The position numbers were made by a program, and so were the translations under genes. This document shows, piece after piece, positions 1 through 9,056 of a stretch of DNA of 64,000 nt (position 1 is its first letter; each line of letters starts with the position of its first letter). The notes under the pieces are model-generated. The model did not search any database. It saw only the letters and a list, made by a program, of their open reading frames with translations, and had not been told where the DNA came from. The DNA is from a virus, in IMG/VR virus record IMGVR_UViG_3300046808_001301, one strand, 5' to 3'.

Positions 1-415
1 ATACAGTTTTAGATAATTGTCTGTAAAAATCAGGCCTCGGAGCCCCGTGATACTTCCAACGTTTTTCTAAAGCTTGAGGATAAAATGATAAAGATATCAA
101 GCACTTGCTTGCAAATAAAAGGCCTTGATCTGAAAGTAAAGAAGGAATTAACTCTCTTGTTTTATCATGATATTGATAAATTGTAATAGCAACTCTATTA
201 CATTCGTCTTCTGAATCAGCAAATTTAGCAGTCAAGCATATCATAAACAACGCATCTATAGCATTAGAAACAATTATTTTAGAAGAGTCTGTAATTAGCT
301 TAGCTCCAATTGCTTGCTTTATAGAAGGCCTCGACTCTAAGTCTGTCTCATACAGAGCTTTAAGCGCTTCTGAATTTTTCAAATCATAAAGTTGGTCTAC
401 GAGACTTCTAGGCAC
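1..415 (-). CDS. hypothetical protein, partial (runs off the window edge); missed by ORF track
   Basis: Open frame from GTG at 415 (MPRSLVDQLYDLKNSEALKALYE...) to base 1 with no stop; TAAGTA motif 6 nt upstream. Confidence 0.75.
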   Translation of the reverse strand, partial: MPRSLVDQLYDLKNSEALKALYETDLESRPSIKQAIGAKLITDSSKIIVSNAIDALFMICLTAKFADSEDECNRVAITIYQYHDKTRELIPSLLSDQGLLFASKCLISLSFYPQALEKRWKYHGAPRPDFYRQLSKTV

Positions 416-420
416 GCATA

Positions 421-1197
421 TTACTTAACTTTTGCTGCGTTGTAATTTTCAACTTGCTCGACAATAAATTTAAGAATTTCGGACCGCATGATGTCTTCTT
501 TTCCGAATTCAACACAATAAATTCCTTGCTGTTGAGCTTCTTCTGTATTAAAAATATCAAACATTGGTTTAAATCCTGATTGCTCTTTGTGTTTTAAATC
601 AGTTTGCATAGGATCTCCGAGAACGATGTATTTTGTGAATTTACCAATACGAGTCAAGCATGTTAAAATTTCTTGAAAGTTCGCATTTTGAAACTCATCT
701 AATATAACAACTTTTGCATTATAAGAAGCTCCTCTCAAATAATTTACAGGCATGCCTTTTACTCTTTCGTCAGCAAACAACCTTTTTATGTCCCCTGCTG
801 GAAGTAGTTCCTCGAGCTTATCGTTAAGCACGGAAACGAAATAGTGCAGTTTGTCTGACATATCCCCAGGCAATGTACCCATTGAATGAGCAGCGCTTTC
901 CACAATTGTTCTAATGTAGATTAAATCGCTTACTTTTTTTTGATTCAATAGCTGTAAAGCGCAATAAACCGCTAAAATGCTCTTGCTTGTTCCTGAAGGA
1001 CCGGAAAGAAAGACAATTTTGGTGTCTTTGTTTAAAACTAATTCGATAAAAGCTTTTTGTTTTTCTGTCCAATCAAGGCCTCTTATGTTTAAATTAAAAT
1101 TTATTTTTTCCTTTTGATGAACTCTTGGGGACGTGTCCTTAGTCTCCGTTGCAATTGTTGGTTTTTTTTGTGTAACGGATTTTTTAGTTTTTTTCAT
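421..1197 (-). CDS. phoH: PhoH-like ATPase
   Basis: Walker A variant GPSGTSKS, MGTLPGD, YLRGAS, ILDEFQN, TRIG and GDPMQTD motifs of the PhoH family. Confidence 0.93.
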   Translation of the reverse strand: MKKTKKSVTQKKPTIATETKDTSPRVHQKEKINFNLNIRGLDWTEKQKAFIELVLNKDTKIVFLSGPSGTSKSILAVYCALQLLNQKKVSDLIYIRTIVESAAHSMGTLPGDMSDKLHYFVSVLNDKLEELLPAGDIKRLFADERVKGMPVNYLRGASYNAKVVILDEFQNANFQEILTCLTRIGKFTKYIVLGDPMQTDLKHKEQSGFKPMFDIFNTEEAQQQGIYCVEFGKEDIMRSEILKFIVEQVENYNAAKVK

Positions 1198-1246
1198 ATT
1201 AAGATGCCCAGCTGTAACTATTTATCTAATACAATAAATAGTATAC

Positions 1247-1492
1247 ATGAGATTGCCTTTTAATTTGGAAGACCCTAAAATAGATGATCACGCTCGAGTA
1301 AAGTTCTCATTTACATCTCCGCAGCTGCATCAAAATATAGAAGTGTCTTTAGACGGAGATGAAACGACCGTTGAAACGCTTTTAGACGCCTTCCAACGCT
1401 TTTTGGGAGCATTAGGAGTATCAACACCAGATAACGTTATTTTAAGCTTTGTTGAAATTGAGGAAGAAGACGATAAAGACGACGAAGATTAA
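1247..1492 (+). CDS. hypothetical acidic protein
   Basis: 81 aa ORF with TAAATA 6 nt upstream. Confidence 0.75.
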   Translation: MRLPFNLEDPKIDDHARVKFSFTSPQLHQNIEVSLDGDETTVETLLDAFQRFLGALGVSTPDNVILSFVEIEEEDDKDDED

Positions 1493-1503
1493 TACATACT
1501 TTT

Positions 1504-3063
1504 ATGGGACAAGATTATAATCTCATTGCAGCGTACAAAAATTGGGTTTTATCTAAACAACCTTTTAACTCAAATTTTAAAACGCTTTCTGATTGTTATG
1601 AGGAAACAAAAATTCCTTTACATGAAGGCATGCTCGGGTACGCAGAGTTTCAAAAACCCCAAACAGCTAAAAGGCCTGATCGTAAAGAGTTGTTCCTTCA
1701 AAAATACAAAAATGGAACCGCATTCGATGTCAAAGTCAAAAATCAAACTAAAAAAGTAGTTTTTGTAGTAGATCCAAACGTAATAAAAGCAATTGAATCG
1801 TTGCCGGTTGGGTTTCTCACTACAGCTGATCCTAATTATAAAAAGGCTAAAAAAAACTATGATACTATAAGATTGACTGATAAATCAAAGGCAGAATATT
1901 CTCTAAACAATCTTATAAAAACTCCAGAATTTGCAGGGCAAGGATCTGGAGGAGGCGGAACCAATACTAGAATTAATGAAGCCTCGGTATGTTTGTGGGC
2001 AGCTGTTTATCAATTTAAACGAAATGCCTCTCCTCAAACCGTGACAAAGTTTGCCAATCATTCTTCTGTTACACAACATTGCAAAGTAGATATAGATATA
2101 CCTACTCTTATAAACCAAACAGATAAAAATTGGCTCGTTCACTACGAAAGTACAGCTAAATATTTAGTTGAAAACATATTACCTAATTCTCAAAGCGAAT
2201 ATACATTTCATAGAAATTCAGAATTTGTGAAACAATCAATTTATGGAAAGTTTTCTCAGCTTTCTAAAATGACCGGAGGATTTAATGATTCAAACAAATG
2301 GAATCCTGCAGACATTTGGGCAATATCTGCTGACTACGGAGAAAGCAAATTTAACGCTGATATTCAAAACATACAAACACTGCAGAGCTACAATGCTCTA
2401 TTAGTCAAACTGTACAAGACTAAACAGCTTATTGGAATATCGTTAAAAAAGACAGCAGGCGGCCTCGTTTCTGCAAAAGAATTTAATTTGTCTGGCTCAA
2501 AACAATTTACCGCAACTGTTGATAAAGTTACAGCCAGCGGCAAAACTAAAGGAATTCTTGCTAAAGACGTGTATGTAACAGGACAGTTAATAGAACAAAA
2601 AAATTCTACTCCGTATACTTTGCAGTTTCGCTCTTTTACTGCATGGAGAGATTTTCAAGGAGAAATAAAAGGAACCAACGCAAATGGAGGAAAAGTTGCT
2701 CGTAGTGCAATTAATCGCATTTTAGAAAAATATAAATTAGAATTGCTACCGGATTATGCTACAGTACTTAGCTTTATTGAAAAAAATCCAAACAAATGTT
2801 TAAAAAACATTTACGATATGGTCAAGTCTTTAAACATACATCAAAATTTAATTAGCTGGAACACTTTTGCGAACGAATATGAAGTATCCAAGCGCAACAA
2901 AAGTATCAGCGAAGATTTTTTGTTTAGTAAATATTTTGGAGCCAAATTACTAACAATTTTAACACAAACAACGGATTCCATTAAAAATTCTATTATAACA
3001 GATATGTTTAAATATGCATATTCTAGTTCTGATGACAGCGGACCATTTGTTAAATTGTTTTAA
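1504..3063 (+). CDS. putative PD-(D/E)xK-like nuclease domain protein
   Basis: NEA...KWNPADIW...IGISLKK pattern, as in conserved T4-like phage proteins with a restriction-like fold. Confidence 0.55.
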   Translation: MGQDYNLIAAYKNWVLSKQPFNSNFKTLSDCYEETKIPLHEGMLGYAEFQKPQTAKRPDRKELFLQKYKNGTAFDVKVKNQTKKVVFVVDPNVIKAIESLPVGFLTTADPNYKKAKKNYDTIRLTDKSKAEYSLNNLIKTPEFAGQGSGGGGTNTRINEASVCLWAAVYQFKRNASPQTVTKFANHSSVTQHCKVDIDIPTLINQTDKNWLVHYESTAKYLVENILPNSQSEYTFHRNSEFVKQSIYGKFSQLSKMTGGFNDSNKWNPADIWAISADYGESKFNADIQNIQTLQSYNALLVKLYKTKQLIGISLKKTAGGLVSAKEFNLSGSKQFTATVDKVTASGKTKGILAKDVYVTGQLIEQKNSTPYTLQFRSFTAWRDFQGEIKGTNANGGKVARSAINRILEKYKLELLPDYATVLSFIEKNPNKCLKNIYDMVKSLNIHQNLISWNTFANEYEVSKRNKSISEDFLFSKYFGAKLLTILTQTTDSIKNSIITDMFKYAYSSSDDSGPFVKLF

Positions 3064-3080
3064 ATAAATAATATATTATC

Positions 3081-3359
3081 ATGAATAGAAAATACATCAA
3101 AAATGTTTTAAATGAAGGTTATGCTTTTGGAAAGCTTTTTAAATCTTCAGTCAATATTTCTACTCACGATATTTTAAATGTTTGTAAAGATTTGGGAGCA
3201 AAACCAATAAAGGATTTTAAAGAACTTACAAGCCTAGTTAACAACGAATATAGTGAAATGGACATCAAAAACGGACTGCCGTCCATTCGAGAAGTATTAA
3301 TAGGCTTACATAAAGCTGTACCTGGCGGTCTTTTTGAAGTCAAACAACAAGAAAGTTGA
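3081..3359 (+). CDS. hypothetical protein, possibly head-internal
   Basis: 92 aa ORF, TAAATA upstream, N-terminal VLNE candidate cleavage site. Confidence 0.65.
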   Translation: MNRKYIKNVLNEGYAFGKLFKSSVNISTHDILNVCKDLGAKPIKDFKELTSLVNNEYSEMDIKNGLPSIREVLIGLHKAVPGGLFEVKQQES

Positions 3360-3383
3360 CTTTTGTTCTCAAAACAGTAGAAT
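3356..3383 (+). promoter_or_regulatory. sigma70-type early promoter
   Basis: TTGACT-16 nt-TAGAAT, 6 nt before GTG at 3390. Confidence 0.75.
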
Positions 3384-3389
3384 AAGTTT

Positions 3390-3917
3390 GTGAACATTTT
3401 TTGCACAAACGACGATCCAATTATTTCAGCTCAAGAGCTTTGTGATCAGCATTGTAGATCTAAAATGCAAATTGAATCGGCTATTTTGTTGCAACATTGC
3501 TTCTCTAATAAAACACTAAATTTAGCTCCTCCAACCAAAAAAGGAACTCCTCGTAAATCAGGTAAAGGTTATTACAACCACCCTTGTTCAGTTTGGGTCA
3601 GAGAGTCAAAAGCTAATTTTGAATGGCTTTGCGAACACGCATTAGAAATGTTTAATGAACGAGATTATCGTTGGCCTTCCTCATCTGAACATTTTACAAA
3701 AACTTTTATTCAATGGTGTAAAGACAACCTTGATAAAGCAGAACATTGCAAAGGGACAAAGCTGACTCCGTTTGCTGTAGCTATTAATCCCGAATCTAAA
3801 TGCAAGCAAGTTAAAGACTTTGAACAGCTTCCAACTGTAGACAAATACAAACAGTATATTCGGTTAGACAAAGACTTTGCAAGCTGGACAACTCGCTCTA
3901 AGCCTTCTTGGTATTAG
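3390..3917 (+). CDS. pyrimidine-dimer DNA glycosylase / endonuclease V-like protein
   Basis: MNIF..D.DP..SA..LCDQH..KM.IESA and NHPCSVWVRES..NFEWL..H motifs. Confidence 0.8.
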   Translation: MNIFCTNDDPIISAQELCDQHCRSKMQIESAILLQHCFSNKTLNLAPPTKKGTPRKSGKGYYNHPCSVWVRESKANFEWLCEHALEMFNERDYRWPSSSEHFTKTFIQWCKDNLDKAEHCKGTKLTPFAVAINPESKCKQVKDFEQLPTVDKYKQYIRLDKDFASWTTRSKPSWY

Positions 3918-4035
3918 ATTTTTTCTTAATACAATTAGGAACGGTTTTCTTTCCTTTCTTTTTCATTCCCTTTTGTTCGTAACCCTTCCAGCACTTTTCC
4001 ATTAACACGATATTAACCAATTCATTAAACTTCAT
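3898..4035 (-). CDS. 45 aa basic protein with CWKGY...VPNC motif; missed by ORF track
   Basis: Hand translation MKFNELVNIVLMEKCWKGYEQKGMKKKGKKTVPNCIKKKSNTKKA; TAAATA 5 nt upstream; motif familiar from T4-like phage proteins. Confidence 0.85.
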   Translation of the reverse strand: MKFNELVNIVLMEKCWKGYEQKGMKKKGKKTVPNCIKKKSNTKKA

Positions 4036-4040
4036 GTTGG

Positions 4041-4053
4041 TATTTAATAAATA
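4041..4053. promoter_or_regulatory. back-to-back late promoters
   Basis: TATTTA(A)TAAATA: each hexamer lies 5 nt from a divergent ATG (4035 on -, 4059 on +). Confidence 0.7.
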
Positions 4054-4058
4054 ACCTT

Positions 4059-5312
4059 ATGTTAGAAACTTCTTTTGGGAGCTTTTTTGGAGTAGCTTCC
4101 AGACAAATTAATTTAAACGAACAAGCTGAGGGAGTTTTAATGCACCTAACTCACCTTGAGGAGTTAATTTTAACTTCTAAAAAGCCAGGACTAGACATGG
4201 CGTTAGCGTTTTTAAAAGAATTGCATGAGATTTTTAAAGGCAAGACAGATTCAACAACGTTTACTACAGTCAAATTTGATGGAGCTCCAGCTGTCATAGC
4301 AGGAGTTGATCCTCAAGCAAAAAAGTTCTTCGTTTCAACTAAAAGCATTAGCAACGTAAGTCCAAAAATTAATTATACTGAACAAGATATTGATTTAAAT
4401 CACGGACATGCTCCCGGATTAGCCAGCAAACTTAAAACAGCATTAAAATATTTACCAGCTGTAATTCACAACGGAATCTATCAAGGAGACTTTATGTTTG
4501 ATGAAACAGATCTGAAAAAAGTCAATGTAGACGGAGAAGATCTTATAACATTTAAACCAAACACCATTACCTATGCTGTTCCGTTTCACAGTCCCCTTGG
4601 CCAAAGAATTTTAAGTTCTAAAATGGGAATAGTTTTTCACACAAAATACACAGGCGTTAATTTAAAGTCTCTAACTAAAAGTTCAAACGTCAACGTTAAT
4701 GATTTTAATCAAACCCAAGACGTCTTTGCTGATGATGCAAAGTTTAAAGACATTTCTGGCATGGCTCTTTTTACTAAAGACGAAAGCACAAAATTTGAAA
4801 ATCTCATTGACAGTTGCGAAACAGCTGGCAATAGAATTTCTTGGGACGAAATATCCGACAATATCTACTCATATTTGAACACGTTTATTAACAGTTTAAT
4901 TAGAGAAGGCACCTTTGTTGCTGATCCTGAAGAATCTTTTTCTAAATTTTATCAATGGATGAGCATTAAGGGACAAAAAACCGTACAAGCTTTAAAAACA
5001 GAAAAAGGGCAAGCCAAAAAACGTCAAGCTTTAGAGCAATTACTATCTTCTATTAATTCACACAAAATGAACATTATGAATTTGCTTAATCTTACAAAAA
5101 AGTTAGAAAGAGCGAAATCAATGTTTATTAAAAAATACAATTCAGCCATTAAAACAAAACAATTTATTACAGAACCTGATGGCACGTTAAAAGTCACAGC
5201 TCCAGAAGGGTATGTTGCTGTAGATCATCTTGGAAATATGGTTAAATTTGTGGATCGTTTAGAATTCAGTCGTGCTAATTTTGCTTTATCAAAAGGAGAT
5301 AAGTTTAAATGA
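4059..5312 (+). CDS. DUF6267-like protein with ligase-type KxDG motif
   Basis: HLTHLEE, TVKFDGAPA, YQGDFMF, FKPNTITY, PEGYVA and KFVDRLEFS motifs conserved in T4-like phages. Confidence 0.7.
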   Translation: MLETSFGSFFGVASRQINLNEQAEGVLMHLTHLEELILTSKKPGLDMALAFLKELHEIFKGKTDSTTFTTVKFDGAPAVIAGVDPQAKKFFVSTKSISNVSPKINYTEQDIDLNHGHAPGLASKLKTALKYLPAVIHNGIYQGDFMFDETDLKKVNVDGEDLITFKPNTITYAVPFHSPLGQRILSSKMGIVFHTKYTGVNLKSLTKSSNVNVNDFNQTQDVFADDAKFKDISGMALFTKDESTKFENLIDSCETAGNRISWDEISDNIYSYLNTFINSLIREGTFVADPEESFSKFYQWMSIKGQKTVQALKTEKGQAKKRQALEQLLSSINSHKMNIMNLLNLTKKLERAKSMFIKKYNSAIKTKQFITEPDGTLKVTAPEGYVAVDHLGNMVKFVDRLEFSRANFALSKGDKFK

Positions 5313-5899
5313 AAACTTTTCGTCAATTTTTTTCAGAACAACAAAGCAAATTTGTAATAATGTTGCCTGGAGGATACAAACCTCCGACAAAAGGACACAT
5401 GCATATGATCGAAAGTTACAATAACGATCCTTCTGTTGCTAAAGTTTTAGTTTTAATTGGACCCAAAGAAAGAGAAGGAATCACAAGAGAACAGTCTTTA
5501 GCTCTTTTTAAATTATACGGAACAGACAAATTACAGAAAGTAACAATTGAAGACACAAAGTTCAACAATCCTATGCAAGCTGCATTTGAGTTTGTTGAAA
5601 ATGACCCAAGAGCAGAACAATATTCAGGACTCACATTTGCAATTGGAGCTTCAGATAAAGGCGACGATGCTGCTAGAGCTGAAAGATTAGTAAAATACTT
5701 TCAATCAAATCCACAAAAACTCAAGCAAGATCTACGGGTCGGCCTTCCGAGAATTGTTAAAGCCCTTCAAATAAATGGAGCAGATGTATCTGCTACTCTA
5801 TTAAGACAAGCCATACAAAATAAAGATTTAAAAACAATTAGTACATTGATTCCGAGCAATGTTCGACCAGAAGAATTTTTAAAGATTTTCAATAAATAA
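5309..5899 (+). CDS. HIGH-superfamily (cytidylyl/adenylyl)transferase-like protein with capsid-targeting-like N-terminus
   Basis: PGGYKPPTKGH and VSATLLR motifs; N-terminus MKTFRQFFSE; ATGA overlap with upstream gene. Confidence 0.8.
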   Translation: MKTFRQFFSEQQSKFVIMLPGGYKPPTKGHMHMIESYNNDPSVAKVLVLIGPKEREGITREQSLALFKLYGTDKLQKVTIEDTKFNNPMQAAFEFVENDPRAEQYSGLTFAIGASDKGDDAARAERLVKYFQSNPQKLKQDLRVGLPRIVKALQINGADVSATLLRQAIQNKDLKTISTLIPSNVRPEEFLKIFNK

Positions 5900-5904
5900 A
5901 CTTC

Positions 5905-6777
5905 ATGACTAAACAGTTTGACGCTCTTCTAGAACAAATGCTTAACGAAATGATGCCAGCAGACATTGGCGAGCTTGGCGGATTTAGTGGAGCAGCATCG
6001 CATATTAAAGGCAACGTTCCAGAAGGAGAACCAAAAGGACATTGGTCTCCTTTGCAAAAATTAAGCGATGAAGATAGAAATAAAGTCCTTGAAGAAATTT
6101 TCAAAGAAGTGTTTTCAGAAAAAGAAAATACATACGCTCCAACGGTCGATAGTCCAGAAGATCTTCATGGAGCAATTCAGTCAGCAATTCAAACAGTATC
6201 TCAAAGAACTGGTTTAAAAGCATCAGGAAAATGGGCTGCTAAATTCTTGACTGACCGTTTAATGACTCTTTTAAAAAACAAAGTAAAGTATACAACTTCC
6301 GGAGGAGAAGAATTGCAGAAAGACATGACGCAGAAGGAATTCAAACAAGCTCTTAATAAAGCTTTAGAAGAAGCACCTGCTACACCAGAAGAGGCTCCTG
6401 CAGCATCAGAAGAAGCCTCGGAAGAATCATCCGAAAAAGAAGTTGACACTGTTTATACAAAAGCAGCTGACCTTAATTCAGATGACTCTGATCTCCAGAA
6501 AGCTTTTAACAAACTTCCTAACGATAAAGAAATGTCCTGGGAGCAGGTTCTTAAAACAATTGGCATGACAAAAGGAATGGCTCTCCTTGATGCCGGTGGT
6601 TTAATTGAAACGGAAAAAGAGAAAGAAGCTTCAGAAGACGAGGAAGTAAAAGATCTTGAGTTTGATGACGAAAACGAAAACGAAACTCGTGGTTACGAAA
6701 GCGATTTTGATAGAGCCATGAGAGATATTGATACTTTCCGGAGTTCAAGAAGTTTTGACAGCAATAGTTGGGACTAA
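5905..6777 (+). CDS. acidic protein, probably head-internal
   Basis: 290 aa, E/D rich, QFDALLEQMLNE motif, TAAATA 6 nt upstream. Confidence 0.6.
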   Translation: MTKQFDALLEQMLNEMMPADIGELGGFSGAASHIKGNVPEGEPKGHWSPLQKLSDEDRNKVLEEIFKEVFSEKENTYAPTVDSPEDLHGAIQSAIQTVSQRTGLKASGKWAAKFLTDRLMTLLKNKVKYTTSGGEELQKDMTQKEFKQALNKALEEAPATPEEAPAASEEASEESSEKEVDTVYTKAADLNSDDSDLQKAFNKLPNDKEMSWEQVLKTIGMTKGMALLDAGGLIETEKEKEASEDEEVKDLEFDDENENETRGYESDFDRAMRDIDTFRSSRSFDSNSWD

Positions 6778-6802
6778 CCTAACGTATAAAGTTTAAAATA
6801 TT

Positions 6803-6834
6803 AAAAGTGCTCGGTACCAACTGAGCACTTTTTT
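6803..6834 (+). terminator. intrinsic terminator
   Basis: AAAAGTGCTCGG-loop-CTGAGCACTTTTTT hairpin with U tract. Confidence 0.85.
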
Positions 6835-6851
6835 GTTAAATAATACCGTCA

Positions 6852-8006
6852 ATGAATCAATATACATACGATTTTGAAGTCGAAACAATGGTAACAATGT
6901 TCATGAACGCGATGAGCGACATTGTTGTTAAGAGATTTCGAAACAGACAAATGAGAGATAGACTCAAAGTCCGTATCGTATATGCTCCGAAAGAAAGAGT
7001 TCTTAATGATCTACTAGACAGAGATCAAAATCTTCAATTACCTGTAATGTCCGTATCAATCGGAGGTATAACAAGAGACAACAACAGAACTTTTAACAAA
7101 ATTTTAGGATCATTTAATCCGGTACCAACAAAACACGGAAAAGCAGTTGTTAATGAAAGACAACCTCTTCCGATTGACCTAAACATTAAAGTGTCGATTA
7201 TGACGAGGTATCAACAAGACATGGATCAAATCTTATCTCATTTGCTTCCTTACATTAATCCTTATTTTGTTGTTTCCTGGAGAACTCCAAATCGACCTGA
7301 TCACGAAATTCGGTCCAATGTTGTATGGGACGGAAATACCTCAATAACATACCCTATTGATTTAACTTCAACTCAAGTTGCTAGAGTTGTTGCTGAATTG
7401 TCATTTGTATTCAAAGGATGGATATTCCAAGCAATACCTGATTACGACATAGGTACTATCTTTACTGTTCATTCAAATTACTACATTGCTGATCAAGGAA
7501 TTCCGTTAGATTATCGATACGAAGACGAAAACATAAGAGAGTCTTCATGGAGAAACGATTATCGGCCCGTTTCTGGTGTTCCTCCTCAACCAAAAATTGC
7601 TTATCCAGATTTTGGACACATCGACCAATCCAGACAATTTTTGCTATACGGCTCAGGTTTTACTTCGATTAACAATATATATTTGTCAGGAGCTCCGTTT
7701 TTTAACGTGTCAACGACTCAGGTTCCGTTTTCATCTATTCCTGAACTTTCTGGCGTAACTTTTAATGCTGTAAAATTAAATTCAGCTAATTGGACATACG
7801 ACAAAGATAATTTAGTAACATTTGTAATGCCTACCGCAACTCAGTCGGGATATGTTGATGTGCTACTAGAGGGCCCGTACGGAGTAGGATCTCTTACTGA
7901 ATCCGTACGTGTAAATAATTTTAATCCTTATCATCCAAGCCATCCAGAGCACGCAACTTACGTTCCGTATCAATTGCCGTTTTTATCCGGCATAAGACTT
8001 TTTTAA
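6852..8006 (+). CDS. gp15: tail terminator / sheath stabiliser (T4 gp15-like) with C-terminal extension
   Basis: VYAPKERVL, LQLPVMS, ITRD, TRYQQDMDQI..LPY motifs; extra ~140 aa resembling an Ig-like/IPT domain (LYGSGF). Confidence 0.8.
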   Translation: MNQYTYDFEVETMVTMFMNAMSDIVVKRFRNRQMRDRLKVRIVYAPKERVLNDLLDRDQNLQLPVMSVSIGGITRDNNRTFNKILGSFNPVPTKHGKAVVNERQPLPIDLNIKVSIMTRYQQDMDQILSHLLPYINPYFVVSWRTPNRPDHEIRSNVVWDGNTSITYPIDLTSTQVARVVAELSFVFKGWIFQAIPDYDIGTIFTVHSNYYIADQGIPLDYRYEDENIRESSWRNDYRPVSGVPPQPKIAYPDFGHIDQSRQFLLYGSGFTSINNIYLSGAPFFNVSTTQVPFSSIPELSGVTFNAVKLNSANWTYDKDNLVTFVMPTATQSGYVDVLLEGPYGVGSLTESVRVNNFNPYHPSHPEHATYVPYQLPFLSGIRLF

Positions 8007-8049
8007 AATGATTCCAAAAAAAATAACATTTTAAGATAAATATATCTAT

Positions 8050-9018
8050 ATGTCAATCGCTACAAACCTCAAAAAAAGAACCACGAGCTTAGCAGCTGCT
8101 GCTTTAACTAAAGGAAAAAATGTAACCCCTCGTATTAAAACAACCAGCTTGACGGAGCTTGAGTTAACGTTTGACGTCTCAATGTCTAGCCCAGAAAACG
8201 TAGATGATACAAATCGTTTATCAGTTTCTTTTGTTAATGGCAAAACTGGAGTAATTTATTATAAAGCTGAACCTCCAAGCACAGAGAGCGAAGCTTATAT
8301 TCCAGCAACAATGACATTGTTTGTTAATAATGAGGTGCATGCGGTTGTTGACTTTTTCTCTGACAGAATCGGTGACCCTTTTGCTCTTTCAATTTACGGC
8401 TTTACTCCACAAGAAGGTCCTCAAACAGGTACTTTTAAGCGAAACGTTTTCCAAGTTGACGGAAAGTTTACAGATGGGGATTTGTTTTTTAATATTATTG
8501 TGCCAACAGCTGTTCCGACACCGACAGCCACAATTGAACCAACATCAACTCCTCTTCCTACGCCAACACCTGAGCCAACTCCTGAGCCTGAGCCAACAGC
8601 AACTCCATGGCCGACTGAAACTCCATGGCCGACTGAAACTCCATGGCCGACTGAAACTCCGTGGCCAACCGAAGTTCCTCCAACGGAAGTTCCTCCAACA
8701 GAAGTTCCTCCAACGGAAGTTCCTCCAACAGAAGTTCCTCCAACTCCGGTTCCTCCAACTCCGGTTCCTCCAACGGAAGTTCCTCCAACGGAAGTTCCTC
8801 CAACGGAAGTTCCTCCAACAGAAGTTCCTCCAACTCCGGTTCCTCCAACGGAAGTTCCTCCAACAGAAGTTCCTCCAACGGATGTTCCGCCAACTGAAGT
8901 TCCGCCAACTGAAGTTCCGCCAACTCCAGTTCCTCCAACTGATGTTCCTCCAACTGAAGTTCCGCCAACTGAAGTTCCGCCAACTGAAGTTCCTCCAACT
9001 CCAGTTCCAGAGCCATAA
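8050..9018 (+). CDS. putative structural protein with mucin-like Pro/Thr tail
   Basis: ~150 aa globular domain followed by PTETPW and PTEVP repeats; TAAATA 7 nt upstream. Confidence 0.75.
   Translation: MSIATNLKKRTTSLAAAALTKGKNVTPRIKTTSLTELELTFDVSMSSPENVDDTNRLSVSFVNGKTGVIYYKAEPPSTESEAYIPATMTLFVNNEVHAVVDFFSDRIGDPFALSIYGFTPQEGPQTGTFKRNVFQVDGKFTDGDLFFNIIVPTAVPTPTATIEPTSTPLPTPTPEPTPEPEPTATPWPTETPWPTETPWPTETPWPTEVPPTEVPPTEVPPTEVPPTEVPPTPVPPTPVPPTEVPPTEVPPTEVPPTEVPPTPVPPTEVPPTEVPPTDVPPTEVPPTEVPPTPVPPTDVPPTEVPPTEVPPTEVPPTPVPEP
8600..9012 (+). repeat. coding tandem repeats: 18-nt unit about x4, then 15-nt unit more than x20
   Basis: ACTCCATGGCCGACTGAA and CCAACNGAAGTTCCT units, differing mostly at synonymous positions. 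Confidence 0.95.
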
Positions 9019-9056
9019 TTCCAAATAACGTATGAGTTTTTGGATAAGTAATTATA

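Noticed and set aside
8321-9028. Long alternative-frame ORFs (QRKFL, WRNFS, LEELP and SSNGS repeats)
   Set aside because: Shadows of a stop-free 15-nt repeat; the variation is synonymous mainly in the PTEVP frame
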